From the NCBI GenBank assembly GCA_025924295.1, contig JAICEG010000002.1:1-35613 (forward strand): a stretch of DNA of 35,613 nt. Direction: 5' to 3'. A program made the position numbers and the translations under genes. How positions within the stretch are numbered: position 1 is the first letter of the stretch; each line of letters opens with the position of its first letter. Under the pieces are notes generated by a model, which made no database searches, was not told the DNA's origin, and saw only the letters and a program-made list of their open reading frames with translations. Positions 19,328 to 27,944 of the stretch are shown in pieces. The stretch is from Vicinamibacteria bacterium. Its GTDB lineage: Bacteria > Acidobacteriota > Vicinamibacteria > Vicinamibacterales > UBA2999.

Positions 19328-21127
19328 TTGTCGTTCCCCGATCTCCGTTCCTTTCTCGACCGGCTTCGCCGTGACGGCGACCTCGTCACGGTGGAGTCGC
19401 AGGTCAATCCCCATCTGGAAGTCGCAGAGATCCATCGGCGTGTCGTGGCCGGCGGCGGACCTGCGCTGCTCTTCACCAACGTCAAGGGATCCGACTTCCG
19501 TCTCGTCACCAATCTGTTCGGCACGGCGCGGCGCGCCGAGTTGGCCTTTGGCGATCGGCCGCTGCGACTGATTCAACGCCTGGTGGAACTGGTCGAGACG
19601 ATCATGCCGCCGACGGCGGGAAAGCTCTGGGGTGCACGGGACATCGGGCTCGAGTTGCTCAAGGTTGGAACCAGGCGGGTGACGTCGGGGCCGGTCACCG
19701 AAGTGGTGACGCACGAGGTGAAGCTCGATCGACTTCCGGCGCTGACGTGCTGGCCGGAGGATGGCGGGCCGTTCATCACGCTACCGCTCGTCTACACGGC
19801 GCATCCCGACAAGCCGGGACATAACCTCGGGATGTACCGCATGCAGGTGTATGACGCCCGCACGACCGGCATGCACTGGCAGATCGGGAAGGGCGGCGGC
19901 TACCACTACGCCGTGGCTGAGGCGCGCGGCCAGACGCTGCCGGCGACGGTGTTTCTCGGCGGGCCGCCCGCGCTGATTCTCGCGGCGATCGCCCCGTTGC
20001 CCGAGAACGTTCCCGAGCTGATGCTGGCATCGCTGATTGCGGGAGACCGCCTCTCGCAGGTGCACGGGCGCGGTCCGCATCCGCTGGTCGCAAACGCCGA
20101 GTTCGCGTTGATGGGAGATGTACCGCCGCGCACGCGCCGGCCCGAAGGTCCTTTCGGCGATCACTACGGTTACTACTCGCTGCAACACGACTACCCGGTG
20201 TTCGAAGTGCGCCGCATCGCCCGTCGTGCCGATGCGATCTATCCCGCGACCGTCGTCGGAAAACCTCGGCAAGAAGATTTTTTCATCGGCGACCTGCTGC
20301 AGGAACTGCTCTCACCGCTGTTCCCGGTCGTCATGCCGGCCGTCGAGCGGCTCTGGTCGTACGGGGAGACCGGGTATCACTCGCTGGCCGCCGCGATCGT
20401 GAAGCAGCGTTATCGCCGCGAAGCGATGGCGAGCGCGTTTCGCATCCTGGGCGAGGGGCAACTGTCGCTGAGCAAGTTCCTGCTCGTCACGGACCAGCAC
20501 GTCGATGTCCGCAACTTCCGCGCGACGCTCGAACACATCCTCGCGCGCACCAACCCCGAGACCGATCTCTACGTCTTCTCGAATCTCGCGATGGACACGC
20601 TCGACTACACCGGGCCGACGGTCAACGAAGGATCGAAGGGCGTGTGGATGGGGCTCGGTGATCCGATCCGTGAATTGCCCCGGCAGTTCACGGCCCCCGA
20701 CGTCCCGGCTGGCGTCACCGACGTGCGGGTGTTCTGCGGCGGCTGCCTGGTCGTCGGCGCTCCGTCGTTCGAGTCGGATCGTGACATCGTCTCGCGCATC
20801 GCCACCGCGCCCGCGTTCGCGTCGTGGCCGCTCGTGGTCGTCAGCGACGAGCCCGAACGGGCCGCACGCAGCGACATGAATTTCCTCTGGACGACGTTCA
20901 CCCGGTTCGAGCCGGCCGCCGATATCCATGCCGCCAACCGCCGGATCATCCGCAACCACATCGCCTACACGGCGCCCGTGGTCATCGATGCCCGCATGAA
21001 ACCGTGGTACCCGAAGGAGTTGTCGTGCCGGGACGACATCGCGGATCTGGTCTCCCGCCGCTGGCGGGAATACTTCCCGTCGGCGCCGGTGACGATGGGC
21101 GACTCCGAGCGTGGTCATCTCGATTGA
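19328..21127 (+). CDS. UbiD-family (prenylated-FMN-dependent) decarboxylase
   Basis: N-terminus SFPDLRSFLDRLRRDGDLVTVESQVNPHLEVAEIHRRVV..GGPALLF aligns with the UbiD N-terminus. TTG 19328 is the only in-frame start that lies after the upstream stop and before the conserved DLRSFL. Confidence 0.85.
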   Translation: MSFPDLRSFLDRLRRDGDLVTVESQVNPHLEVAEIHRRVVAGGGPALLFTNVKGSDFRLVTNLFGTARRAELAFGDRPLRLIQRLVELVETIMPPTAGKLWGARDIGLELLKVGTRRVTSGPVTEVVTHEVKLDRLPALTCWPEDGGPFITLPLVYTAHPDKPGHNLGMYRMQVYDARTTGMHWQIGKGGGYHYAVAEARGQTLPATVFLGGPPALILAAIAPLPENVPELMLASLIAGDRLSQVHGRGPHPLVANAEFALMGDVPPRTRRPEGPFGDHYGYYSLQHDYPVFEVRRIARRADAIYPATVVGKPRQEDFFIGDLLQELLSPLFPVVMPAVERLWSYGETGYHSLAAAIVKQRYRREAMASAFRILGEGQLSLSKFLLVTDQHVDVRNFRATLEHILARTNPETDLYVFSNLAMDTLDYTGPTVNEGSKGVWMGLGDPIRELPRQFTAPDVPAGVTDVRVFCGGCLVVGAPSFESDRDIVSRIATAPAFASWPLVVVSDEPERAARSDMNFLWTTFTRFEPAADIHAANRRIIRNHIAYTAPVVIDARMKPWYPKELSCRDDIADLVSRRWREYFPSAPVTMGDSERGHLD

Positions 21128-21188
21128 GCTAAGCTTCATAGGGCTCTGGCCACTGGGTGTTCGTGCAGGGCCCTGCCGCGAGGCGGTT

Positions 21189-21614
21189 ATGACGCGAGAT
21201 GAGATCGTCGCATTCTTCCAACGTCGGGAAGACGGGATGAATCGCCTGGATGCGGCAATGGTCGCCAGCCTTCACACAGAGGATGGCGTCGTGGAGAGTC
21301 CGTTTGCCGGCGGTATCGCGGAAGGCCGCGACGCCATCGAGCGCGTGTACCAGGCGTTCTTCAGGTCGTTCAGCACCGCCGAATTCAGGCAGGAGCAGTT
21401 GATCATCGACGGAGACCAGGTTGCGGTTCTTGCGCACATCCACGGGACGAACAAGGGCGGTGTCATGGGGTTGCCGCCGACGGATCGGCCATTCAGCATC
21501 TCCCTGGTGTCGCTGTGCGACTTGCGCGATGGACTCATCGCGCGCGAGCGTCGCATCTACGATTTCACCGGGTTGCTGCTGCAGGTCGGGGCCATCAAGG
21601 CCAAACCCGCCTGA
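21189..21614 (+). CDS. SnoaL-like / ester-cyclase NTF2-fold protein
   Basis: About 141 aa, starting MTRDEIVAFFQRRE..., with ...DGDQVAVLAHIHGTNKGGVMGLPPTDRPF...RIYD typical of the ester-cyclase family. Start trimmed to ATG 21189. Confidence 0.7.
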   Translation: MTRDEIVAFFQRREDGMNRLDAAMVASLHTEDGVVESPFAGGIAEGRDAIERVYQAFFRSFSTAEFRQEQLIIDGDQVAVLAHIHGTNKGGVMGLPPTDRPFSISLVSLCDLRDGLIARERRIYDFTGLLLQVGAIKAKPA

Positions 21615-21626
21615 CACCAGGAGCGC

Positions 21627-23243
21627 ATGAGCGAAGCCCGTCTTCACGTGACCGATTCGCAGGGGCGCCGTGTCGTCGTGCTCGATCGACCGCTGTTCAT
21701 GATCGGCCGGCGGACATCAGCGGACCTGCAGATCGTCAGCACCGACGTGTCGCGCGAACACGCCGAGATCGCCCTCGAGGACGGACGGTATCTCCTGCGC
21801 GACCGTGCCTCGCGCTATGGAACGTTCGTCAACGGCGAGCAGATCACCGAGAGAACCCTTCAGCACGGCGACCGCATTCGATTGGGCAGGACCGAGGCCA
21901 TCGAGCTGGTCTTCATGACGGAGGGCGCCAAGACCACCGGGTTCCTCGATACCGGCACCTCGGATGGCGGCGACCTGCGCCAGATGGCGGCCATCCTGAA
22001 CGGTCTGCGTGCGCTCGGGTCGGGCCGCGTGCTCGACGAGATCCTGGTGCTCGTGATGGATTCGGCGCTCGAGGTCACCAAGGCCGAGCGCGGGTTCATG
22101 ATGTTGGCCAATGCCGACGGTGAGCTCGAGTTCAAGATCGCGCGCGGCCGTGGCCGTACGACCCTGCCGGGGACGACGTTCACGACCAGCGAGAAGATTC
22201 CGCGCGAAGTCTTCAAGACCGGGCAGAGCCGCATCGTCGGCGACCTGATGGAAGGCGATTGGAGAGGGCAGCATGACGGTACCATCGCCGTCGGCATCCG
22301 TCACGTGCTGTGCGTGGCACTGCGGGTGACACCGATGTCGGCAGCACCGGCGTCCGCTCGATCCGAGCGCGTCATTGGCGTGCTCTACCTCGACGGCCGC
22401 GAGCGGAGCACGATGCTCTCCAAGGCGACGCACTCGTCGCTCGAAGCGTTTGCCACGCAGGCGGCGCTGGCCATCGAGAGCGCGCGCTTGTATGCGGAGT
22501 CGGCGGAAAAGGCTCGCACCGATCACGATCTCAAGATCGCGGCCGAGATTCAGCGCAACATGTTGCCCGAGCCGGTGTTCGAGATCGGCTCGGTCGATCT
22601 GGCGGCGGAGTCGATCCCGTGCCGGACGGTCGGCGGCGACTTCTACGACTACCTCGAGATCGGCGAGCGCGGTCTCGGGTTCGCGCTCGGCGACGTCGCC
22701 GGGAAGGGACCGCCGGCGGCGCTGCTCGCCGCCGCCGTGCAGAGCAACTTCGTGGCGCTGGCGCCGGTCAGCAGCGAGCCGGCCGAGACCATGGCGCGTG
22801 TCAACAAGGCGCTGTTGCGGAGAGCGATCGACGCTCGCTTTGCGACAATGTTCTACGGGGCGGTCACGCCCGACGGGCGTCTGAGCTACTGCAATGCCGG
22901 GCAGGAGCCACCGCTGGTCATCAGGCGCGCCGGTGTGTCGTGGCTCGAGACCGGCGGTCCGGTGCTCGGCCTGCTGTCGATCGCGACCTATGAATTCGAG
23001 ACGGTGGTGCTCGAGCCGGGCGACCTCGTGATCGTCTGCAGCGACGGCGTCACCGAGGCGCGCAACCGCGCGGGCGAGGAGTTCGGGCGCGATCGCCTTG
23101 TCGCGGAAGTGCAGGCGCGGCATGGGGCCAAGCCCGAGGCCGTGCTCGAGCACCTGATCGGCGCGGTGAAGCTATTCTCGGACGGGGCGGCTCAGGCCGA
23201 CGACGTGACGGCGCTCGTCCTGCGCTATCTGGGAGCGAAGTAG
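21627..23243 (+). CDS. FHA-GAF-PP2C (SpoIIE/RsbU-type) serine phosphatase
   Basis: N-terminal FHA domain (LFMIGRRTSADLQIVSTDVSREHAEI...YGTFVNGEQI), a central GAF-like region, and a C-terminal SpoIIE/PP2C domain (AAEIQRNMLP, GGDFYDY, GDVAGKGPPAALL, ADDVTALV). Confidence 0.88.
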   Translation: MSEARLHVTDSQGRRVVVLDRPLFMIGRRTSADLQIVSTDVSREHAEIALEDGRYLLRDRASRYGTFVNGEQITERTLQHGDRIRLGRTEAIELVFMTEGAKTTGFLDTGTSDGGDLRQMAAILNGLRALGSGRVLDEILVLVMDSALEVTKAERGFMMLANADGELEFKIARGRGRTTLPGTTFTTSEKIPREVFKTGQSRIVGDLMEGDWRGQHDGTIAVGIRHVLCVALRVTPMSAAPASARSERVIGVLYLDGRERSTMLSKATHSSLEAFATQAALAIESARLYAESAEKARTDHDLKIAAEIQRNMLPEPVFEIGSVDLAAESIPCRTVGGDFYDYLEIGERGLGFALGDVAGKGPPAALLAAAVQSNFVALAPVSSEPAETMARVNKALLRRAIDARFATMFYGAVTPDGRLSYCNAGQEPPLVIRRAGVSWLETGGPVLGLLSIATYEFETVVLEPGDLVIVCSDGVTEARNRAGEEFGRDRLVAEVQARHGAKPEAVLEHLIGAVKLFSDGAAQADDVTALVLRYLGAK

Positions 23244-23302
23244 TTCAAGTAATGTAAAGTTCCGGCCCGATTCCGACAGTCGGGGGCGGCGAGGGAGGAC
23301 GA

Positions 23303-23647
23303 ATGCAGATCGGACAGCGAATGGTGGGTGATGTGACGGTCGTCGAGATCACGGGCGACATCACTCTGAGCAAGGGCGGCGATGTGATGATCAAGGACAA
23401 GGTCAACAGCCTGCTGCAGCAGGGCAATCGCAAGCTGCTGCTCGATCTGGGCAACGTCTCGTACGTCGATAGCGCTGGCCTCGGGCAGCTCGTTCAGGTG
23501 TACGCGACGACCAGCCATAACGGCGGGTCGCTGAAGTTGCTGCGGGTGACCAAGCGGCTCAAGGACCTCCTGGTTCTCACCAAGCTCTTGACTGTCTTCG
23601 AAAGCTTCGACGACGAGAAGGACGCGGTGGCGAGCTTCACCAAGTAG
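23303..23647 (+). CDS. STAS-domain anti-sigma-factor antagonist (SpoIIAA/RsbV-like)
   Basis: 114 aa with LLLDLGNVSYVDSAGLGQLV, which carries the conserved phosphorylatable Ser. SD GAGGGAGGA lies upstream. Confidence 0.88.
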   Translation: MQIGQRMVGDVTVVEITGDITLSKGGDVMIKDKVNSLLQQGNRKLLLDLGNVSYVDSAGLGQLVQVYATTSHNGGSLKLLRVTKRLKDLLVLTKLLTVFESFDDEKDAVASFTK

Positions 23648-23683
23648 GTCGAGGCATCGCCGGGCGAGCACGGCGGCCCTTGA

Positions 23684-24067
23684 CTAGTTGAGCGCGTTGG
23701 GGACGGCGAGCGTGAACGGTGCGATGACGGCATCGAAGCGCTCGCCCTCGGCCGTCACCATCTGATAACTTCCCTGCATCGCCCCTACCGCAGTCTTGAG
23801 GGGGCAGAAACTCGTATACTCGAACGACCCACCCGGCGGCAGCACGGGCTGCTCGCCGACGACTCCCTGTCCCTTGACACGCTCGACCTCGCCGTCGGCG
23901 TTGGTGATGATCCATTCCCGCGAGACGAGCTGCGTCACGTCGGAGCCGGTGTTCGAGATGCGGACGTGGTACTGGAACAGATACGATCCCTCCCGTGGGG
24001 AACTGCGGTCGGGAATGAATTCGCTCCGCACCTGTATCCGGATTCCGCGTGTGGTGGCGTCACTCAT
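23684..24067 (-). CDS. apaG: ApaG (DUF525) protein
   Basis: GIRIQVRSEFIPDRSSP..YLFQYHVRISNTG...QLVSREWIITNADGEVERVKGQGVVGEQPVL.PG.SFEYTS is the typical ApaG pattern. An in-frame ATG 30 nt upstream (24095-24097) is the alternative start. The rest of the 554-aa track ORF is antisense to the ABC gene. Confidence 0.88.
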   Translation of the reverse strand: MSDATTRGIRIQVRSEFIPDRSSPREGSYLFQYHVRISNTGSDVTQLVSREWIITNADGEVERVKGQGVVGEQPVLPPGGSFEYTSFCPLKTAVGAMQGSYQMVTAEGERFDAVIAPFTLAVPNALN

Positions 24068-24097
24068 CCGGACGCCGCGTGTGCTGATGTCAGTCAT
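24038..24097 (-). repeat. 30-bp tandem duplication covering the apaG start codon
   Basis: Units 24038-24067 and 24068-24097 match at 24 of 30 positions. Each ends in an in-frame ATG on the minus strand. They encode MSDATTRGIR and MTDISTRGVR. Confidence 0.7.
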
Positions 24098-24235
24098 TTG
24101 TGAAGGGTGCGAGGCGCCGGTGACGCTCGAGGTCAACGGGGCGCTATCGTTGATTATGGCATGGTCGCTGTCATGAGGGCGGGTGCACGCGGAACCGGCG
24201 AGCGCATTCGGCGTAGTACAGTTCCAGGATCTCCA

Positions 24236-26080
24236 ATGGAAGCTCCAAAGAAGAAGGGTGTATCCGCCTCGGCGGCCTGGCGTGAAGCGCGAGCGCTTCT
24301 CTGGGCCCATCGCAAGCGGCTGGCGGCCGGCCTCGCGCTCATGCTCGTCAGTCGCCTGGCCGGGCTGGTGCTCCCGGCGTCGTCGAAGTACCTGATCGAC
24401 GACGTGGTGGGGAAGAACCGCTCCGATCTGCTTCCGATCATTGCGTTGGCGGCAGGAACGGCCACGCTCGTGCAGGCTGTCACATCCTTTGTCCTGTCTC
24501 AGATTCTCGGGGTCGCCGCGCAGCGTGCGATTACCGACATGCGCAAGCGCGTCCAGGCCCGCGTGATGCACCTGCCGGTGCGCTACTTCGACTCGACGCA
24601 GACCGGCGTCCTCGTCTCTCGCATCATGTCGGACGCCGAAGGCATACGAAATCTGGTCGGGACGGGCCTGGTGCAGCTGGTCGGCGGTCTGGTCACGGCC
24701 GTCATGGGGTTGGGTGTGCTGTTCTGGCTGAACTGGCACCTGACCACGATCACTATTCTCGTGCTCGCGGCGTTCGCCGGAGGGATGGCTTACGCGTTCC
24801 GCACGCTGCGCCCGCTGTTCCGCGAGCGCGGGAAGATCAACGCCGAAGTCACCGGCCGGTTGACCGAAGCACTCGGCGGCATCCGCGTCGTCAAGTCCTA
24901 CACGGCGGAAAAACGTGAAGAGATCGTCTTCACGAAGGGGGCGCATCGCCTGTTTCGCAACATCGCGAAGTCGATGACCGGCGTATCGGCGACGACCGCG
25001 GGCAGCACGGTCATCGTCGGGATCGTCGGCGTGTTGATGATCTGGCTGGGCGGCAACTCGATCATCGCCGGCGAGATGACGCTCGGCGAGTTGATCATGT
25101 ACATCTTTTTCATCGGGCTGGTTGCCGCGCCGCTGGTATCGATTGCCTCGATCGGCACCCAAATCACCGAGGCGTTTGCCGGCCTGGATCGCATCCGCGA
25201 GATTCTCGACATGCCGACGGAGGTCGAAGAAGACCAACAGCGGTCGGATCCCGGCCGGTTGGCAGGTGACGTCAGCTTCGAGGACGTCTGGTTCGAATAC
25301 AACCCGGGCCAACCAGTACTCCGAGGCGTCTCGTTCCATGCGCCACAAGGCACGACGACGGCGCTGGTCGGTTCGAGCGGGTCGGGCAAGAGCACGCTCA
25401 TCAGCATCGTGATGGCGTTCAATCGGCCGACACAGGGGCGCGTGCTGGTCGATGGTCGCGACCTCTCGGAACTGCGGCTGATGGACTACCGATCACAACT
25501 CGCGTCCGTGCTGCAGGAGAACTTTCTGTTCGACGGCACCATCACGGAGAACGTCGGCTACGCGAGGCCCGGGGCCACGCGCGACGAGATCATCGAGGCG
25601 TGCCGGATCGCCCACTGCGACGAGTTCATCAGTCAGTTTCCCAATGGATACGACACGGTCGTCGGTGAGCGTGGCATCAAGTTGTCCGGTGGGCAGCGCC
25701 AGCGGGTCTCGATCGCCCGCGCGATCCTGGCCAGCCCGCGTATCCTGATTCTGGATGAGGCAACCTCGAGCCTCGACAGCGAGAGCGAGCAGATGATCCA
25801 GGACGGCCTTCGGAACTTGAGAGCCGGCCGCACCACGTTCGTGATCGCCCATCGCCTCTCGACCATTCGCAGCGCCGACCAGATCCTGGTGCTCGAGGAG
25901 GGGCAGGTCGTCGAACGCGGGACGCACACCGAGCTGCTCGCGCTGAATGGGCGCTACCGTTACCTGCACGACAAGCAGTACAAGTTCGAGACCGATCGCT
26001 TCATCAACCCCGGCGAAGACTTCACGCCGGAGCCCGAGAAACCGATGGCCGCGCCCACCCGAGTGGCGCAGAGCCTCTGA
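24236..26080 (+). CDS. ABC exporter, fused permease/ATPase (MsbA/type-I exporter-like)
   Basis: Six-helix TMD followed by an NBD with Walker A GSSGSGKST, signature LSGGQRQRV and Walker B ILILDEATSSLD. Start trimmed to ATG 24236. Confidence 0.9.
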   Translation: MEAPKKKGVSASAAWREARALLWAHRKRLAAGLALMLVSRLAGLVLPASSKYLIDDVVGKNRSDLLPIIALAAGTATLVQAVTSFVLSQILGVAAQRAITDMRKRVQARVMHLPVRYFDSTQTGVLVSRIMSDAEGIRNLVGTGLVQLVGGLVTAVMGLGVLFWLNWHLTTITILVLAAFAGGMAYAFRTLRPLFRERGKINAEVTGRLTEALGGIRVVKSYTAEKREEIVFTKGAHRLFRNIAKSMTGVSATTAGSTVIVGIVGVLMIWLGGNSIIAGEMTLGELIMYIFFIGLVAAPLVSIASIGTQITEAFAGLDRIREILDMPTEVEEDQQRSDPGRLAGDVSFEDVWFEYNPGQPVLRGVSFHAPQGTTTALVGSSGSGKSTLISIVMAFNRPTQGRVLVDGRDLSELRLMDYRSQLASVLQENFLFDGTITENVGYARPGATRDEIIEACRIAHCDEFISQFPNGYDTVVGERGIKLSGGQRQRVSIARAILASPRILILDEATSSLDSESEQMIQDGLRNLRAGRTTFVIAHRLSTIRSADQILVLEEGQVVERGTHTELLALNGRYRYLHDKQYKFETDRFINPGEDFTPEPEKPMAAPTRVAQSL

Positions 26081-26093
26081 CGGGAGATCAGAC

Positions 26094-26801
26094 TTGGACG
26101 AATCGATGTTGCTCAATGGTGTCCTTCAAAGTGTGCTTGGGGGACGCCGTAAGAAGTCGAAGAAGGCGCTGCGCTACCTGGGAAAGCCGCTGCGCGGCTC
26201 GATGGGTTCGATCGGGGGATCGCTGCTTTCGAACCCCACCGTGCTGATGACGGCGGCAGGCCTCGCGTGGGGAATTTTCGAGACGCTGCAGCAGCAAGGC
26301 GCATCCGGAACGTCACCGACCGGAACGGCACCGACCGGATCGGGGTTTCCGTCGCCCCATGCTCCGGCCCAGGCCGCTTCTCAACCCCTTCCACCATTGC
26401 CGGTGATGGGTGGTGCGTCGAGTTCGGCATCGGTGAGCCAACCGGCGCTCACGATCGTCCGGCTGGCGATATCAGCTGCGTACGCCGATGGTGCTGTCAG
26501 CGAGCAGGAGCGTGCGGCAATCCTCGAGCATGCCAAAAAAGCCGGCGTGGACGGCATCGTCGAGCAGGAACTGGCGCAGCCGAGACCGTTGGCTGAAATC
26601 GTTGCAGGTGTAACGGACGACACTCAGCGGGCGACGCTGTACGTGCTCGCTTTCGGCATCGTGAGAGGCGACGAACAGCCAAGCGGCGCCGAACGTATCT
26701 ATCTTGCGAAACTCGCGCACCTGCTTGGACTGGATCCCAAGACGGTTCAGCAGCTGGAACAGACGGCTGCGCAGCGAATTGACTCAGAGCCCGAGCAGTA
26801 G
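26094..26801 (+). CDS. DUF533 / YebE-like (TerB-fold) protein with Pro-rich linker
   Basis: Gly-rich hydrophobic N-terminus, then a low-complexity linker (TSPTGTAPTGSGFPSPHAPAQAASQPLPPLP), then a C-terminal domain LAISAAYADGAVSEQERAAILEHAKKAG...ERIYLAKLAHLLGLDP typical of DUF533. TTG 26094 has GGGAGA 6 nt upstream; ATG 26106 is the alternative start. Confidence 0.75.
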   Translation: MDESMLLNGVLQSVLGGRRKKSKKALRYLGKPLRGSMGSIGGSLLSNPTVLMTAAGLAWGIFETLQQQGASGTSPTGTAPTGSGFPSPHAPAQAASQPLPPLPVMGGASSSASVSQPALTIVRLAISAAYADGAVSEQERAAILEHAKKAGVDGIVEQELAQPRPLAEIVAGVTDDTQRATLYVLAFGIVRGDEQPSGAERIYLAKLAHLLGLDPKTVQQLEQTAAQRIDSEPEQ

Positions 26802-26838
26802 GGCGATCGACGTAGTGGCCGGCGATAGGCAGAGTAGA

Positions 26839-26862
26839 CCGGGTCCTGCTCTGTGGACCCGG
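26839..26862 (+). terminator. GC-rich hairpin after the DUF533 gene (no U-tract)
   Basis: CCGGGTCC (26839-26846) pairs with GGACCCGG (26855-26862) around an 8-nt loop. It lies 38 nt after the stop codon. Confidence 0.25.
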
Positions 26863-26899
26863 CGTCACCGAGAGACGAAACAGCGAGGAGAATGAGGCG

Positions 26900-27934
26900 A
26901 TGGCAGACGAGCAGTGGTTCATGGCCATTGGTGGGCACCAGGTCGGGCCCGTGTCACGAGACGACGTGGTGACGAATCTTCGGAACGGCACCATTGACGG
27001 GAACACGCTGATCTTCGGCCCGGGCCTGACGAACTGGACACCGCTCAAAGACGTGCCGGAACTCGCCTCGTTTCTGACCGGCGCTTCCGGTGCGCGTGCT
27101 GCCGCGCCACCACCGATCAATCCCGGGCGCCGGTCGCACGAGATCGACTTCCGAATCGTCGGCAGCGAAATGCAGTTCGTGGAGGTCGAGCTCGATCCGG
27201 GCGAGAGCGCGGTGGCCGAGGCGGGGTCGATGATGTACATGACACCGGGCATCTCGATGGAGACGGTGTTCGGCGACGGCGCGCAGCAGCGCGGCGGCGG
27301 CGGCGTCATGAGCGCGATCCTCGGAGCCGGCAAGCGCCTCATCACGGGTGAGAGCCTGTTCATGACCGTCTTCACCAACTCCGGCGGCGGCAAGCAGCAG
27401 GTGTCATTCGCCGCGCCGTACCCCGGCAAGATCCTCGCGATGGATCTGAAGCAGCTCGGTGGTCAGCTCATTTGCCAGAAGGATTCGTTTCTCTGCGCCG
27501 CGCGCGGCGTGTCCATCGGCATTGCCTTCCAGCGGCGAATCGGCGTGGGCCTGTTCGGCGGTGAAGGCTTCATCATGCAGAAGCTGGAAGGCGACGGCCT
27601 GTGCTTCGTGCATGCCGGCGGCACGGTGCATCCACTCGATCTGGGTCCCGGCCAGACGCTGCGCGTCGATACCGGCTGCCTCGTCGCGCTCCAGCCGTCG
27701 GTCGGCTACGACATCCAGTACGTCGGCAAGATCAAGACCGCACTGTTCGGTGGTGAAGGACTGTTCTACGCGGCGCTCACTGGGCCGGGCCGCGTCTGGC
27801 TGCAGTCGCTGCCGTTCAGCCGCATGGCCGATCGCATCTATAAGGCCGCACCAGCGGCCGGCGGCCGGCGTCAAGGGGAAGGCTCGATCCTCGGAGGGCT
27901 GGGCGATCTGCTGGACGGAGACTCGACGCGATAA
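26900..27934 (+). CDS. GYF_2 (DUF4339) domain fused to an AIM24/TIGR00266-family domain
   Basis: N-terminus WFMAIGGHQVGPVS...GNTLIFGPGLTNWTPLKDVPEL matches the GYF_2 pattern. After a Pro/Ala linker, IDFRIVGSEMQFVEVELDPGESAVAEAGSMMYM...GESLFMTVF...GEGFIMQKLEGDG...LQSLPFSR matches the AIM24 family. Confidence 0.85.
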   Translation: MADEQWFMAIGGHQVGPVSRDDVVTNLRNGTIDGNTLIFGPGLTNWTPLKDVPELASFLTGASGARAAAPPPINPGRRSHEIDFRIVGSEMQFVEVELDPGESAVAEAGSMMYMTPGISMETVFGDGAQQRGGGGVMSAILGAGKRLITGESLFMTVFTNSGGGKQQVSFAAPYPGKILAMDLKQLGGQLICQKDSFLCAARGVSIGIAFQRRIGVGLFGGEGFIMQKLEGDGLCFVHAGGTVHPLDLGPGQTLRVDTGCLVALQPSVGYDIQYVGKIKTALFGGEGLFYAALTGPGRVWLQSLPFSRMADRIYKAAPAAGGRRQGEGSILGGLGDLLDGDSTR

Positions 27935-27944
27935 CGGTGCGAGG

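Noticed and set aside
21717-23153. 478-aa ORF on the minus strand
   Set aside because: It is antisense to the FHA-GAF-PP2C gene. It has an Arg/Ala/Leu-rich composition and no recognisable domain. This is a high-GC artefact.
24098-25348. Upstream 400+ codons of the 554-aa minus-strand ORF that ends as apaG
   Set aside because: Only the last 127-137 codons match ApaG. The remainder is antisense to the well-supported ABC exporter and has no coding-like features.
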